A stretch of 64,000 nucleotides of DNA from Phoronis australis (Eukaryota; Animalia; Phoronida). A program made the position numbers and the translations under genes. The stretch spans positions 639,430-703,429 of the forward strand of contig NMRA01000122.1 of NCBI GenBank assembly GCA_002633005.1, read 5' to 3'. Shown piece after piece: positions 38,101 to 53,100 of the stretch. The notes under the pieces are model-generated. The model was given only the letters and a program-made list of their open reading frames with translations, was not told the DNA's origin and made no database searches. The first letter of the stretch is position 1; each line of letters begins with the position of its first letter.

Positions 38101-41100
38101 AGAGGTCTCTAACCAGTCAATCATCTATCCCCACGGTTACTTGAAAGAAACTCGTCAGTAACTTTTCATGCTTCGTTTCCAATTCCAATATAGTGTTTCG
38201 TTATCATTGCATTCCGTCAAATTTTACTGACTATTATTAACACGAAATAATGTGAAAGGAAATGCCGCGGAAGAACAAGTCGTGAGATAAAGCGATTTAA
38301 TTCCCTCATCGGTTTCTTTCCAGCGGGGCTCTGTGTTATATGTCTAAGCAAAGAAAAGTACAAGTAATAATTGCCGACAACTTTGTCATCCCGAGGACGC
38401 AACATTACCGGCCTTGTGCGTTCTGCGTTTGATCAAGCTCTTTAGTGTCACATGCAAAATTTTTGTTTTTATTTTTGTTGTCGTCTTTTTTGTTGTCATC
38501 ATTGTGATCGTACTTTGCGTTATCATTTCTAATGTCGTCCTCTTGATCATCGATATTGTTTTCGTCGTCGTCCTCATCTTTGTCTTGAACGACATATTCA
38601 TCGTTCCATTTGTGAACATCATGACTATCCTCGTTATCAAAGTCGTCGTCGTTCTTTTATCCAATATATAGCCAACGTCCCATTTTTTAAAACCGATGGC
38701 GTTATCTCGCCTCATTCTTATTGAGATTATGTGATTTGTTTCTCCATACGCACGTCTCAGTTTTGTCTAAATTTCAAGGTATGTAACCTTATAATTTCAG
38801 TCGACTCCTGCACATTTCCACAACAGTGGCAAGGCTCGTGGTACCAGCGAGAGGGTGAGGTGGACATTTCTCGCACGCACGTGACTACCAAGGGCACATG
38901 TTTCGAGAAAGAGGGTGACAAATACATTGTCAAACGAGCCAACAGGTAACGCTCTAAATTAAAATTAATTTGTTTTCCCTCACGTGATCGAGCGTAAAAT
39001 GTGTGCGTAACTTGTGTGATAAGGCTAAGGAATTAGATTTTCAGTTGTGGATGCGACATATTTGTTTCAACAAAAACGAGGACTTCCCGACAATAAAAAG
39101 TGAGGATGACCTACGGGGGCAGGGAGAGGAAACCAGATACGTTTTAGAGCGGCCTAATGACCTCATTGATCCACCTTGCTTAAATCCCGCGATTTGTATC
39201 ATTACGTGGCCGACAAAAAAGCCAAACGGCAAAATTTAGACCATCATCGATAAACTATGAATGACTTAATAGAGAATATACGGTGCAAAATCCCCAAGTA
39301 CTATATATCACAGGCTGCATTGTGTTGTGAGTTTCTTGCCGCAGTGTGGTGGTTTTTGTTGTGACGGGACATCAGTCCGCGGTCAACTAGACATTACACG
39401 TACTCCAGCTATGTAATTTAGGAAACGCCATTATCAAAAGCTTTTTCATAGCCATTATTTCCAATTATAGGTTATTCGATGTTACAGACTTCCGTTCTAT
39501 CGTGTTTGATGACTGGGAAGTTAAAATTATGTGTTACAACGTGAACGTCGGTTTACTGCAATTTTAGAATCTAGAATATCTCCAGAGATAGCAATTGACT
39601 AAGAAAATTAATGCGAAGGAAATTGATGTAGGTCTACTGGGTTCACATGCTATATAATCAAGTTTCATTTTATCACATTTTAAAGCCCATGCAAGGGCAT
39701 CTCTGAAAACCTATTACTGGTTTATGTTTTGGGGTGGAACCTTTTATATTTGTTTAATACGGTTTACCATGATAAAACCATGGATAGAATTTAGTTCATT
39801 GGTTGTTTTAACGGGAAGATTTACAGCAGCGAACTTGATTTATTTCAATTTGTAGTTTGCGATTTCGTCTTGATCTAATTAGCGATACGTTGGTCTTTAA
39901 TGCAATACAAAATGAGACTGTTCCCTGATTAGCTTTTCGTGAAAGCAGTGTTCTCCACAACTGAAAATCCAAAACAGGTTAAGTGCCCACTGCACGGATT
40001 AGCGTCCACCTGTAATTTGCTTCACGGAATTGATGTAGTCAATGCTACAATCATCTATTCACTGAATGTTTCAGTCACATCACAACACCCACACCAGTTC
40101 CAACATTGACTATGTATTCTGAATTAAACACGTGACGCGTGTCCCGCGGCCATTTTTGATCGTCATCCAACTGTGAGAAGACTGGTCCCACGTGTCCACT
40201 GGGTCATTGTTTCTCCTTATTTTGATTGCGCTTAAAGCGGAAGCGCTCGTCATATCGATTGTAGCGCGTACATAACCCCGACTAAACGACAAAATCCTCA
40301 ATGAAATAACATCAAGGTGTTGTATAGGTCACATCATTGACATAAGTCAGAAATCAAAATACTGAACAAATACATATGACAGTGCTCAATCGATCACAGA
40401 TTAGTTGTATTTATTGTGAATACAAACGAACAAACGAACCCGTTGCCAATTTATATTGTGGCGTAATATGCAAGTGTTAAATGCATAATTTACAGAGGAC
40501 ACGTAACGAAAGTGTACTCAATGCCATTATTATAAATTATTGTGTTATGTGATTAATATTAGTTGGCTTGTATAAAAGTGTGATTAGTGGGAATACTTTC
40601 CATTAGACGATTAATATAAAGTACATCAAAGATTAAGACCAAAAGAGACACTTTTTGAAGAACGAGTGACTTATCTAATGTTTTATGTAACTGTCATTCG
40701 TGGCATCTTTATGCCTCGTTCGTTATCAGCTACTGTTTTAGATAGCTCTTATTGTCGACAGATGTACATAAAAATGTCAAAGTCACGTCATAAAAATGCT
40801 GAAAACATCATCACATCTATGTCCTAACATTCACTGACACAACACTTAACCTCATGCCTGACTTGGAAGTAAATGTCATATAGAGATAACTAATTCGACG
40901 TTTTCTTCAATTGGGAGCTAAAGGGGGAGGGTGCAGCTGTCTATATATACACCACCTTTGTGAATGTCGTTTATAATGACTCAATAACTTAGCCTTTTAA
41001 AACGTATCCATTATATTGATCTCAAGATAGTTCTGATCAGATGTATTTTTCTGGAACATTCATTGTCAGGAACCGTTAACTCCTGCTTGAGGCCGAAACT

Positions 41101-44100
41101 GTCTCGCAAAATCTGTTCACGAAATATCGAACATGCATTGTAGGTTGTTACTTCCAGGTTATTATTTTTAGTGACACTTAAATAGAATTCGAAATTGTGT
41201 TCCAATCTTTTGCGAGAGACTTGCACCAACTGAACAGAAGCAGAACTGGTAGTTGACTATGAACAGACGTAGACGAAGACCTCCATGTGAGCGTAGTCTC
41301 GCTGTGGTTTATGGGTAACGAAGAGTGTCGTCACAATAGTTGGGTGTCTCATTGTACCCGGGACCTTGAATTAATTAAACTGGACAAACGCGACCACTCG
41401 ACAAGACGAACTCCAGTTTAATTAGTTGACTACAGCGCTCTATTTCCCCTGTGGGCTGAAAGAACACGATGCGTTCTTATTTTTAGCGGCAAGTGTGTGA
41501 GAAGTCCCCGCGTTGCCACGACTGACAATCAAAGACCAATTGTCGTCTAAAGCAAATTCCTTCTCAGGTTTCTAAAATAACTGTGTTTGATACCCATAGA
41601 TCGTAATCTTTACTGTCGTTTATTTCATATGGATTGCATTGCACTTGAAAACTTGCAATAAATTTGTTGCTTAAGCTGCATACTCGTGCAGAGGCTCTGT
41701 TTTGGCACTCAAACAACGTTTCTGATACAACCAGGACCTTAGATTAGGAATGTTTTTATTCTGAGCTCAGGTTAACTGCAGCAAGGTTTAAACCTACTTT
41801 TTTCTGTTTAGCTGCTCATATAATCGGTTTCATAATACTCCGTACCACGAAAAAATTCTATTTCAGTGTCCTTACCGCGAAATGATTTTATTTCCGTTAC
41901 CAACGAGAACATCGAACCCTCAGCGACCCGGAGAACAAGTTTCTTGGGGTTATCACATTTACGCATTGCCTGCGACTTGCGTTGATAACAGACATAGATT
42001 CCTAAGGGATATCATGAAAAATATTTTATGACAGTAAAAAGCCGAATTCGATTTTCGTTTTTAGCCTGCTAAACATGGCGAAATACACATTTAGTTGCCC
42101 TTTTTTCGAAATTGACGATTTCGATGTTGCCTTTGATTTTTAAAAACTTTTCTTTCTGATTATTTTGATTTCTCCTGATTATTTTTGTATGTGGGTTTAG
42201 TAAAAAATCGCCGATTCATCCGCTGACCGGTGTCTTCGATAAACGCCAGTAAATGGTGATTCAAAGTTCTATACAAATCTCTCCATTCCCGTCGCTATCC
42301 AATCCAACGGTGTCTGTACTGCCTTTGAGTCCAATATTGGAAGCCTTTGAGATGGTTAGACGAACCATATCCGGTTGCACTCGTTCCCGCGGGCAATTAG
42401 AATAGGTTCTGTGATGAGCGGAAAAGGTTTCACGTTTGAAGATTCCGTGCGAACGCCTGACTCACTTCAGCACGGAAATGTTCATAGTGCGTGCATGAGG
42501 CATTGTTTTGAAGAAGAGCGATAGATTTGATAACTTTGAACACTGAATTCAAACCTAAAGTGGACGGGAGTAGGGGGATTGGGAGACAACCGGGCAGTGT
42601 ACTTCTGTCATTGCATAAAGTAAACGGCCTATGGTCCGTTTGTCTTGTTTTGAAAAAGGAATCGGATCGTCGTTAATTTTGAAAACCAACCACGACTTAT
42701 GGTTTTTATGAAAATTCTTTAAAGATGCACAAAACAAGAGAACAAAATGATATTTTAGGAAACTGTAACAACTCTTTTGATATCTCATCTTTAACATTTA
42801 AATCAAATAAAATTTGATCATGTTACCGATATCTTTGTTTTGTTATCAACGTACTTTTCTTTTTTGCTAAATTTCACTTAGGCGTGATCACGTGACCCAC
42901 TTCATTAGCATTTGATGAAAAGCCAAAGATCAAATTCCACAGGTTTTCTACTTTCAGACAATATATACTTTATTGAGTTAAAATGAACAATTTTCTAAAT
43001 ATGTTGCTAAATGCATAGACTTGTCTATAAGGTCTGCATAACCCTAGTGGTTTCGGAATCAGGAGCGCGAGGCCTTTGTTAGCGCGAGGCCTCTGTTGGC
43101 GCGATATGTGATAAATGAATTGTCTACTAAACAATCGTTGGAGAGATAACAAATACCAGGCATGAATTATTAGCTCTTTGTTTGTCTGTGAAGTGAATGT
43201 TTTACTTTGTTGGCAATGCATGGTTGTGAGTTGGCCTGCTGAATGCAAACGTTCCAACGAGACATTTGTGGAAACATTACGGAAATGTTTGACAACACCT
43301 AAATCTGCTGTTTCTCGTAAGATCCAGTGAAAAGCACAATTTTCGTATCAAGTTCCTCGGAGTCCAACCTAGCACTTAAATTTTGTTGTCTGTTTACCGC
43401 AAATCATCGGATTGGTACAGCATGGACAATCCTACAGTTTTGAGCACATTATGCTGAAACGTGATGATGACCCAAGAGATGTCGCTCTCTCGATATCAAC
43501 ATGTTATCAGATTCGCTAAAGCAACTAAGCGCAGCTCAGCAACTTAAAATACGTGTGCGAAATTGTTACTACTTTCATGACGTGTCATTTTTCTCAATTA
43601 TTTCTAATCAGTTTCGCTTATTTGTCTAGTTGGATTTTGTGGCGTTTACTGTAATGACTACAAAACCTCTTGGGTCTACTGACAGCATTAGTCAGCGAAG
43701 TGCGGCCGTTGAACGTTCCTCTTCAATGATGTCTCCACCTCTGGGACTGCGCGTGAATTACATCTCTTCTCTAATTGATATTAGGACTGACATTTCTGAT
43801 AACACAACACACAGCCTTGGCAATCATACACAGAACAGAAGCGAATGAGTAAAGCTACGATTTAAATCGCTTCGAATTTGAAATTTGATAATAGAAGGTC
43901 AACTAAATTATTACAAGCGAACGATTAAGTCGGTTATTCACTCACAGACGGCATGTTTTCTCGTCTGCCTCTGGCGACGTTACTGGATAAAGGCTGTCGC
44001 CATTGAACTGCATGAACTAGGCTTATTTGCGCTTAAAACATGCGTAGTGAACTAACTGAAATGCTCAACTTCTCAAAATGTGGCCTATGAAATGATAATC

Positions 44101-47100
44101 AGTGTTAGTTTTAGTGTAAATGTAATTTCATGTTATCATAAAAAGACTCTTCTATCTATGCTGTTCTGTGTGATTTGACCCACAAATGTAAATGTTACGA
44201 TGTTGGAATATACTACATCTATTTTGTCGAAGTCGAGTTCTCCTCCAGTAATGGTCCGTCAAGACTGTCATGTAACCAGGTGTTGTCTGGGCAGGTATTG
44301 CGTGTCAGAGATGGTAATATGGGCAGGGTTATCGACCAAATAACGTTAATCGGGGATCTTCAGTAACAAAGCTCCCCCTAGAACATGACGAATACGGCGG
44401 ATAATCCTCTCAGCCGCCTCTTCGCATTATCTCTTTAACCAAAGCTTGTTGAGTAAATTGTCATTCTTGCAGACTATTCGTGAGAGTTATGCGTGACAGT
44501 TAAGATACTCGACATAATTCATATACCTGGCCACCCCACTAGACCCTATAGCAATTTTGATGAAGTCTTTCAAAACACTCAAAGTGAGCTGTTTGACATA
44601 AAGCGGATGCATGCAGTCGGAAACTGAATTGTGTGTCTTTTCTGAAATGTTACGAAAGAGATATCGTGGAGCTGTTTGCATGTACCCTATCATTGTCCTG
44701 TGGCGGTTGTGTGATCGACCAATACGCAAGACAAAATGATAAATTACGAATAGATATAATTGAAAATATTTATAGCATAATGAATAGTTTATAATGACGA
44801 TGGGTTAACACAAATCATCTCCTTACGGAAGCTATTCGTTGTACATAACAAGAAGTGGATTTAAACTAGAAAGTCTTTCAACCACATCATAATGTGGTGG
44901 ACAGAAAAATATTGTGCATGTATAAGGTTTCCGACGGAACATCACTCGTCAGTCTCGTCCGCTGACCCCGCGGAAGGTTAATACAATTAAAGCATCACGT
45001 TTGATCTTCGATGCGAAAAAATCAAAACTTTGTGTTGAGCCCACATAGGGTGTTGTGTTATGATTCACTCGCATAGTTCATCTACTTTCAATGTCCTTTT
45101 CAACGAAATGTTGGTCTAATGCGGGATGTTTTAACAACAAAACAACAGGAAGACAATGCTATTTGGTATGGTTGAATCAGGAGTCGATGGGCAGGTGTTC
45201 CTATTGAGCAATCGTCTCGTCATAAATAAAGATTTATGCATAAATTAACCGTTTTGCGCCGGTTTATCACGACACTGCGCGTTCTTAATATGCCATGACT
45301 AACTCTCCTCACTTTGGTTATTACGCACGAACGTGGACATGTGAATGAAAAATGAAAACATGACCCGTATGATGTCATCACCTAGAGAATTTCATCCACT
45401 ATTAAAAAAATCACCCGTGCCTCCTGTTTTACTTCTCGTAATTGTTCATTATCGTCCACCACACAGTAAATGTCAAACTTAACAGGAAAAGTACGTCGCG
45501 ATTAAAAGAAACATTTAATTGCTTACTCGTTAATATGTTTATTTTCACAGACGTTTAATACCGTGTTTTACAAGGGCGATGACACCTCCGCGCAGAATTT
45601 AACATTTCGTTTGGTTTGAAATCTGACCCCACTAATGTCGATGGTGCAACACCCGTCTGAAAGGCCTTTTAAAGATTTTAAACTGCGCCCATTAAGCTAT
45701 TTTGTTTCAAATTCCTTGTCAACAAAGTGAAAAAATATCGGACGGAACATGCTTATCAATTTTATTTCTGAAATAAAACCGCCTGACACCAAGGTGACAG
45801 CGTTGTGTTCCATTACACGTACGTAATGTGTTGTGCATACACTTGCACGCGCATTTCGCTTAAAATTAATGAAAAAATATTTTCGTATTAATTGTACATT
45901 TGAAAAAAAGGTCTCGTATTTAATCTCTGGGATGTTGACTGAACTAAAATCAAAAGGAATTTATTGTACTAAAATTTACTGTACTAAATCCTCTTTGTTT
46001 TAAATACAAGAAATCACGATTTCAAGTAAAAGTTAGACAAAATACCTTCTCGGATAAAACAGGCCTTGTTTTAGGCTTATAATATACTTTAAAATATCTC
46101 TCACGTTTACTACTTCTAAGCTGAGTCTTTTATAGCTAATTAGGTTCCAATTAATTGAGAGTTGTTGGCCACCACCGTTGATAGGCTTGTAAAACAAATA
46201 CCAAGATCTCATTACACTTGAGCCCACGTATCAGTTTTCCTTCCACGTGAGTTTTGCAGTAACTATGGATAAAGTTATGTCAAAGGTTTACCTAAAGTGG
46301 GTCACGTTACACTTCATTAGGTGTCGTCGCTATTTACACCCCCAGGCACTGAACTTAGTGTATAGATATATACTTAATTAAGCGTAATTTCTCCTTTGTT
46401 AAAAATTTCCCCTTGCCTTTTAACAGTTTTCCCATTACTCTCATTACCGGTGTGGGTAGTCTTATAAACAATGGTGACAACATTTCTTTACAATGACATT
46501 GGAAATAATTTGTCATAACGAGGATGATTACCATCTGACTGACACCTGGCGTCAACAGACTTAACTGCTGAAGTGTTGCTGGTTAATTGTTTTTAACATT
46601 TATTGCTCTCACTATTGCATGGAATACTTCTTGTTATTTTCCAGTGATGGTGACCCCTGTTACTCTTGCTTAGCCGTAATAAAGAGGCATGAAAACGTTC
46701 TCCAATATAAGGAATGTAAGTGCAAAAGTGAGCTAATGAGCTAGTTTCATACTTTCTGTTTTAATTTCTTCAATGCAAGTAAAATAACGTCGGAAACTGC
46801 TGGATATTTTTTAATTTCTCGGCATTACCCGCAGAACGTAGGTCAGTCTATTTTGTGGTGACGCCAATATGAAGACAGTATAACGCTTAGAAATTTCGCT
46901 GAAAAACATATTACCAAGTTCGCTCTTCACTGAGCAAGAGGGGTAAACATGGGATGAGACGGCCCAGTGCAGACAAGGGAGTGATATATAGGCGACAGAT
47001 TAACTGATGTGGTTGTGTCTGTTCAGAGAATGATTTCATATTTCGTGTGGTATCATATCGTTGTTTTGGTTTTTCGTTTTAGTAATCATCTGTTATTTAC

Positions 47101-50100
47101 AGCACAAAGTCGTATTTTAATATTTTCCCCATATTTTAGCTCATTGCGTAGAAGACAGTAGGCGGGCGTGTGCATCCATCCGTGGCGACGCTCAGCTCTA
47201 CACCCTTATCCGAGGTACGTAATTCAAAGGACGTTTTGGTTATACCGCCTCTACAGAGAGTTGGCCAGGCGTCACACTGTATGGCACGTTATGAAATCAA
47301 ACAAGACCGAAATTATCGCTCATCTTGTGAAATAAGATAATGTCGGTAGATCACAGTGATGGAGAGTGTATTGATTTGTTCTAAGCATCGGTCTTCGGTT
47401 CTCACAACCCAGTACAATTTTTGCCAAAAGTTGCTTACGAGTAAAACGTGACAAGATAAAAATGGCGCATTCCCAATGCACGCTCTTTAAAACTGACTTT
47501 TCATACTTTTTTTTTTTTAAAATTTTTTTTATTCTCCCAGTTCAACATAAGTAAGGACAAAGGTCTGGGATTCCCTTGCCTTACTTTACAATTCAATGAA
47601 AATAAAGTTTACTAAGTTAAAAATATACGTGAACCGGATTTTGAAATAGATTTAACAAAAGAAAACAAAAACATTACAAGACAATATAGTAGTATATGGC
47701 TCTGAAAAAAAAGGAGGGGGGAGAGTATTTTGGAATGATAAAATATCCTTACATTGCTATTAAATTATGCATTTGTGACCACCTGTTTGTAAATTTTTCC
47801 ATTTGTAAATTTTTTGAATAAATATATTTTTCACTGGAGTAATAACTGTTAATTTCTTTTGTTAATACAATTAAATTTGGAGGTTTACCCTTGAGACGTT
47901 GCTTATATAAATGGAACTTGGTGAGACACAAGATTTTTCATACTTACTGTTTTCAATCCTGGTGCAAATTCGACACGATTTCCGTTCTTGGGAACAACTG
48001 ACAATTCGTTACAGCTTTAGACCAAACTTGATAAATTCACGTATCACAGGGTCATTATAGCGCCGAGTACGGTCTCAAACATTACCAAAGGATCAGTTCT
48101 CTATACTAAAATGATTCCATGTAAGGTACAGTGGAAAAAGATTCTTTGTCAGCGGCTGTAAGATCCAATAGCGTGTCACTCGAGTTAAATGCCAAATGCG
48201 GAACCAACAGTTTCAATGCCTCGCAGGAGTAGTGTCAATTTCGACTTCTGGACGGATCTGTTGACCTTCAGTGTGGTCTTCAAACCACATAAAGCCAAAT
48301 CTCCAGTAACAGTAGGTCCAGATGTAAAGTAGTAGCTCAGCACTCCACGACTCTCATTTTATTGGCTACATTCTTCATAACGTGATGTTAACCAAATTTC
48401 GATTTTCATTTCAGAATCTTCGCCAAGAATGATACCCTGTCCGTTCGAGGGACCATTCTCGTTTGGTTACGATAATGGGTCAGTTTTCTGTGAAGATCCC
48501 AACTCTTCCATAACAACGTGCGCGAATCCGGCTCATCTGAAATTTCATTTTAAGGAGTGCGGCTTCGGCTCTGAAACGCAAAGTACGTAACAAATATAAA
48601 CAATAGTAGAAAAATTAATTGTAGTGAATATAGATTGGTTTAAAATTAACCATCTAATGAAACGCATTTACTGAGTAAGCCAACCCAAGCACATTATGAT
48701 ACTGAGATTAGTTAGATTATCTCCACATGTAACCAGATGAGATATTTTCAGACGAAAAAAACCTGACACTGTCTTGTAATTTTTTTTTGCGCATCAAAAG
48801 CAGTACCAGGCGACCCCTTTTGGTAACTTCTTCTGTTTCCCATTCTCGTAAATTTGCCCTTTGCCGAACTTTTGAAAAGACTCACGGAATAGCGTAGACT
48901 TCCACAACATGTTGTTTGTCTGTTCTCGTTGAGCATAAGGCTCGTGGACAAGACAGTCTCGCCATCTAGGGTCTGTATTGGAACGTGAAAACTGTGATAA
49001 AAAATAGGCGTGTCAATTTTCTTGGAAAGGTAAATTCGATGACAAATAACCAATGGATAAATTTGTCTGGATCGCTGGTGGTGAGACTTATGGTAAATTT
49101 ATTTTATTTTTAGATTTGCAGCTTACTTGCCTTGCCAGGTGGAATAATGGCGGGGAGTATGTTTTCGCGAGGTTTACGGGGCCTGCCTATACAACGAAAA
49201 ATCTACAATACAGGTGTATGGTAAGTAAAGAAACAACTACACCAAAATAAAACGAATCAACAACCTAATATGCCTACTGTACTTAGCCCTAACATATAAT
49301 TTTTGAGTGGGAGGTGTATGTTGTAATTCATTAAGGAAGCCGTTGTTATGTTAGACTTCCAGAAAAGCAAACACTATAATTCAGTCATGATCATCGCCAT
49401 AGGGCATTCCTAAAATTAATCTGTGTTTTGTTTTCAGACATACGATCGACTTAAAAACACTTTGGCCGTATCGGCGGACTCAACGTGCTTCGGTGTGAGC
49501 GAATTCAACACTGCGCCTATACAAATTACACTGAAAAAGGGTGAGCAAGTATTTAAATAAGAATCTAGATATTCTGTGAAGTCAAGAGTTGGCATAAATG
49601 AAAATAAAAATTTCCCAATGTGCCCAGCAAACCAGTATCGCGCACTGGATCATTAATTGTCGATTTGCATTTTTAACTTCGCTACTCCGTGTGGCGACTG
49701 TCCTTCGTTTTAAACTGACCTTGCGTAACCGAGAAGTCTAAAAACTAATTTGAATTTCCCTGCAAACCACTTGTTTCACGATCTTTCCTTCCAGAGTTTC
49801 CTGACCCCGCGGCTACGCCCACGTGCTCGTTCCCGTCCTGGCTGACTTCCACCACATGGCGCGACCTGACGGGTCACACAATTTTTCAGCCAGTGGGTGA
49901 AAAATCTATACACGTCAAACAGGGCCCGGGCAGACACGGGCACATACACGAAAGCACACTCAGATGTCAAAGGGTGGTTGAGCAGGACGCGTCCAGTTAC
50001 AAGATGGTCAGTTACACCACACACGGTTGGTGAGTAGACAAAAGCGCTCATCCCTATGGCTTTGCTCGAAGTTGCTACGTTAGTTACGTTCTAGTTATAA

Positions 50101-53100
50101 ACCCGCCTCCGGCCATTAAGCAAACAAACGTTTGATTTAGTCCAGGTTCTATTGTAGAATCGGTCTCAGCTTGTTCCTTTCATACTCTGGTGAGTAATTA
50201 TTGAATTTTCCGTAGTAAGGAAAAAACGGCAGTTCCCTACTACTGGAGATAATTCTCGGCGCGCAACACGACACGCCGTGAAAAGCCGACGTTGTCCGAT
50301 CTCAAAGAAAATAAAATCACAATTTCAAGCTCAGGAATAAGCTCCAAACTAACTTAAAACCGAGATAAAGTTTCGTACACGCAAGATCTCGTTAAGAAAG
50401 GTAGCGGGATCACGTGCTTTGCTTGTAACACATGGCGATATCTCGCGAAGTCTTTCGTGTTCTTGCGTTTTTGCAAGATTCTCGCCTCTACTTAACGAAC
50501 GTCAGGTTTATAGCTTTATATTATATAAGAAGTATGCTTCAGACCCTTTCTAATTCGACTAACCAACGGTAAGTGGTCTAAGGCAAGTTTATAAGCGCTT
50601 TTAGACGTTCACAATGAATATGTCCACGGACTCGTAAACTTTTGATCACAGACTTCCTTTTGGTGTGTTTCCTGTAGTAAAGTTCAGTCATTGCACTCAT
50701 TGCAGTTCTACATTAAAATTTCTTATAAGTCACATTTTGGGTCCATTTGTGGTCTGCTACTTCATGGAACACCAGGCTTAAAATGTTCACTGTATTTTTG
50801 AAATCATATTCAACGCACTCCGTTATCCAGTTTTCCTGTGAATATCACTTCATATTTTTTAATACTTTGTTGCAGCTCATCCAAATATCAATGCATTCGT
50901 GTGTCCAAGATGGCACCGGACGGATCGGTCTTGGAAATACAAAGGGGGAAATACGTTACCCATCGGTCCGATGCATGTCGAGAAGAAAACTTGTCGAATA
51001 GTACCACTCAAACAATAATAGGTATGTTACTGAACTTCAGTGTGTATTTGGTGCAACTTGAAAATAAGCCTGATAGGAAAAGGTCATAGTGACTCCATAA
51101 ACCTATCTTTTTATGTTCTAGATGCTATCGGGATTGTGTCTGTCAAACAGTCTGGGAACAAATTAATCCTCACCTCATAAGAACACGAATCTGAACTTTT
51201 GATTTGAAGATGTTTTTCTTTTATGAATATCAATTCACGTGTTCATGGAAAGTCGTTTATTGCTTGTTCAACTTTTCAGCAAATTCGTCGAATGTTATCC
51301 AGTGTCCACTCCGTGGTTATTATTCCCTCGAGTCTTCCACAAGTTGTGATGACGTCATTACTACTCGCTGTGACGACAAAGGTCAAATTGTGATCGACTC
51401 TTGCAACGTAGAAGGTGAGTTTTTCTTTAAAAATCAGTTTGTTTTATTCAATAAGACGCTCTTGATTAACTTGACCCGTTCCGCCGGGCTAACTGGCTAA
51501 GACATCTAATTCGTCTGTAAGACGCAAGTCGTCATCGAGAACCAATCAGATGTCTTATCCGACTGACTTGGTGGAAGCGGTGAAGTCAATCAGGTGCAGC
51601 CAATGTGTGGTATTCGTTAAGAAATTTTAATTGTTTTAGCATGATAACATTTGGCACTGGAGTAAAGAGGGAAATCATTGCCTGTTGTGCCAGTTCAAAA
51701 GACATCTTCATTTTGGATACTAAAGGACCTTATGCTGTTGTAAGGGACTGAAAGCGTAGTATGTTACCAAAATCACGTAGGAAGTTTCTCCAGAACCTGT
51801 TGTTGACTTGGGTTTACCCTACATGTTTTTTCTTTTGTTTTTCTTTTTCTCAGTCAGGAATCACAAGCAACACCAAGTTACAATTTACTCTTTTTATAAC
51901 TGGACTGTATTCCTTCTCGTAAACTGTCTGTCAACTACTTTTGAGAGGACTGGCGAAATGTCGTCCGTTCACACATGTCGTTTGACAATCTGAGTTTGAC
52001 AGTTCTAGATGAGCCGGCGAGACGGTCTCGCCTCCTGGTGACTGGCGTCTCTCAGAAACCTGGAGTGTTGCTTTTGACGAAGTATAAGTACACACACACG
52101 CACACACACTCACGTTGACGTTGTATTTGTCTTTTTCAGTGGGCAGTTTACAATGTATCGCCAGCTGGACTAATGGGGATAAAACACACATTGTCGCCAC
52201 CTCTCCTTCGGTGAACAGAGCCAATTGCTTTGTAAGTTCAAATTCTGTTTGTTAATTAGAAAGTTAGCAAACTCCATTGTTTGGCCTATTAGTGAAATTA
52301 AACTTAGCCCAAATGAATTTCAGTACCGGCAGTCTCCAGTCTCTTATATCTAAGAATGTGTTATCCAAGGCTTTACATGGGATTTTGTAATCCACACTAG
52401 TCAAAGAGTTTCTTACGAAAATTCGATATATTCTGGTTTAATATACAATGGAGATATATCTTACAGACAATCTCGTCGGCTGGCGACAAGTACCGCCTCG
52501 ATCTGGACTCCAATTGTAACAATGGTGTCAGTCCTATACTTAGATCTGCTTATCCTTCGTACACTTTACAGAAGATTACAGGTTGGTATTTTACGGTTGT
52601 CTTAGCTGTCTGTTCTGTTGTTTTCAACCGTGGAAACGGTTTAATGTTGATGCAGGTTGCCGGCTCGGTGGATTTATTTGTAAGGGGCCCAACTAATTTT
52701 TTTGAGCTTGAATACCTGGGCAAACCCTGAAAACAGCATGCCAACCTTTTTATCTTATCATTGTGAGCTGGCCGTGTCCCACATAAATCCGCATATGGGT
52801 CTTTAACGTTATTGGGTCGAGACTGGTTTGCGAAGAGCCGGCCTAGTAGAGGTACTAATTTGACAATGCACACGCGTAGGAATAAATATAAAGAAAGAAG
52901 AATACTTTGCCACGATTTAATGGAACATGTTACTCGACAGAATGTGCTAGTGGCGTGTTTACAAGTGGTTGACAATACCCGCTAATAACAGCTGTATTCA
53001 ACGATTGTTCGACTCAGCCACAGACGTTCAGAAATCGTATACGTTCAGTATTTTCCGTATTTCAGGAACCTGTTTAGTTAAAGAGAATAAAGGAGAGAGC

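Noticed and set aside
38386-38715. Hydrophobic and Thr/Lys-rich ORFs on both strands
   Set aside because: Arise from a degenerate trinucleotide tract.
49776-50051. Minus-strand ORF, likewise 52550-52975, 53028-53255 and those within 58103-58833
   Set aside because: Antisense shadows of real exons or chance intronic frames without recognisable motifs.
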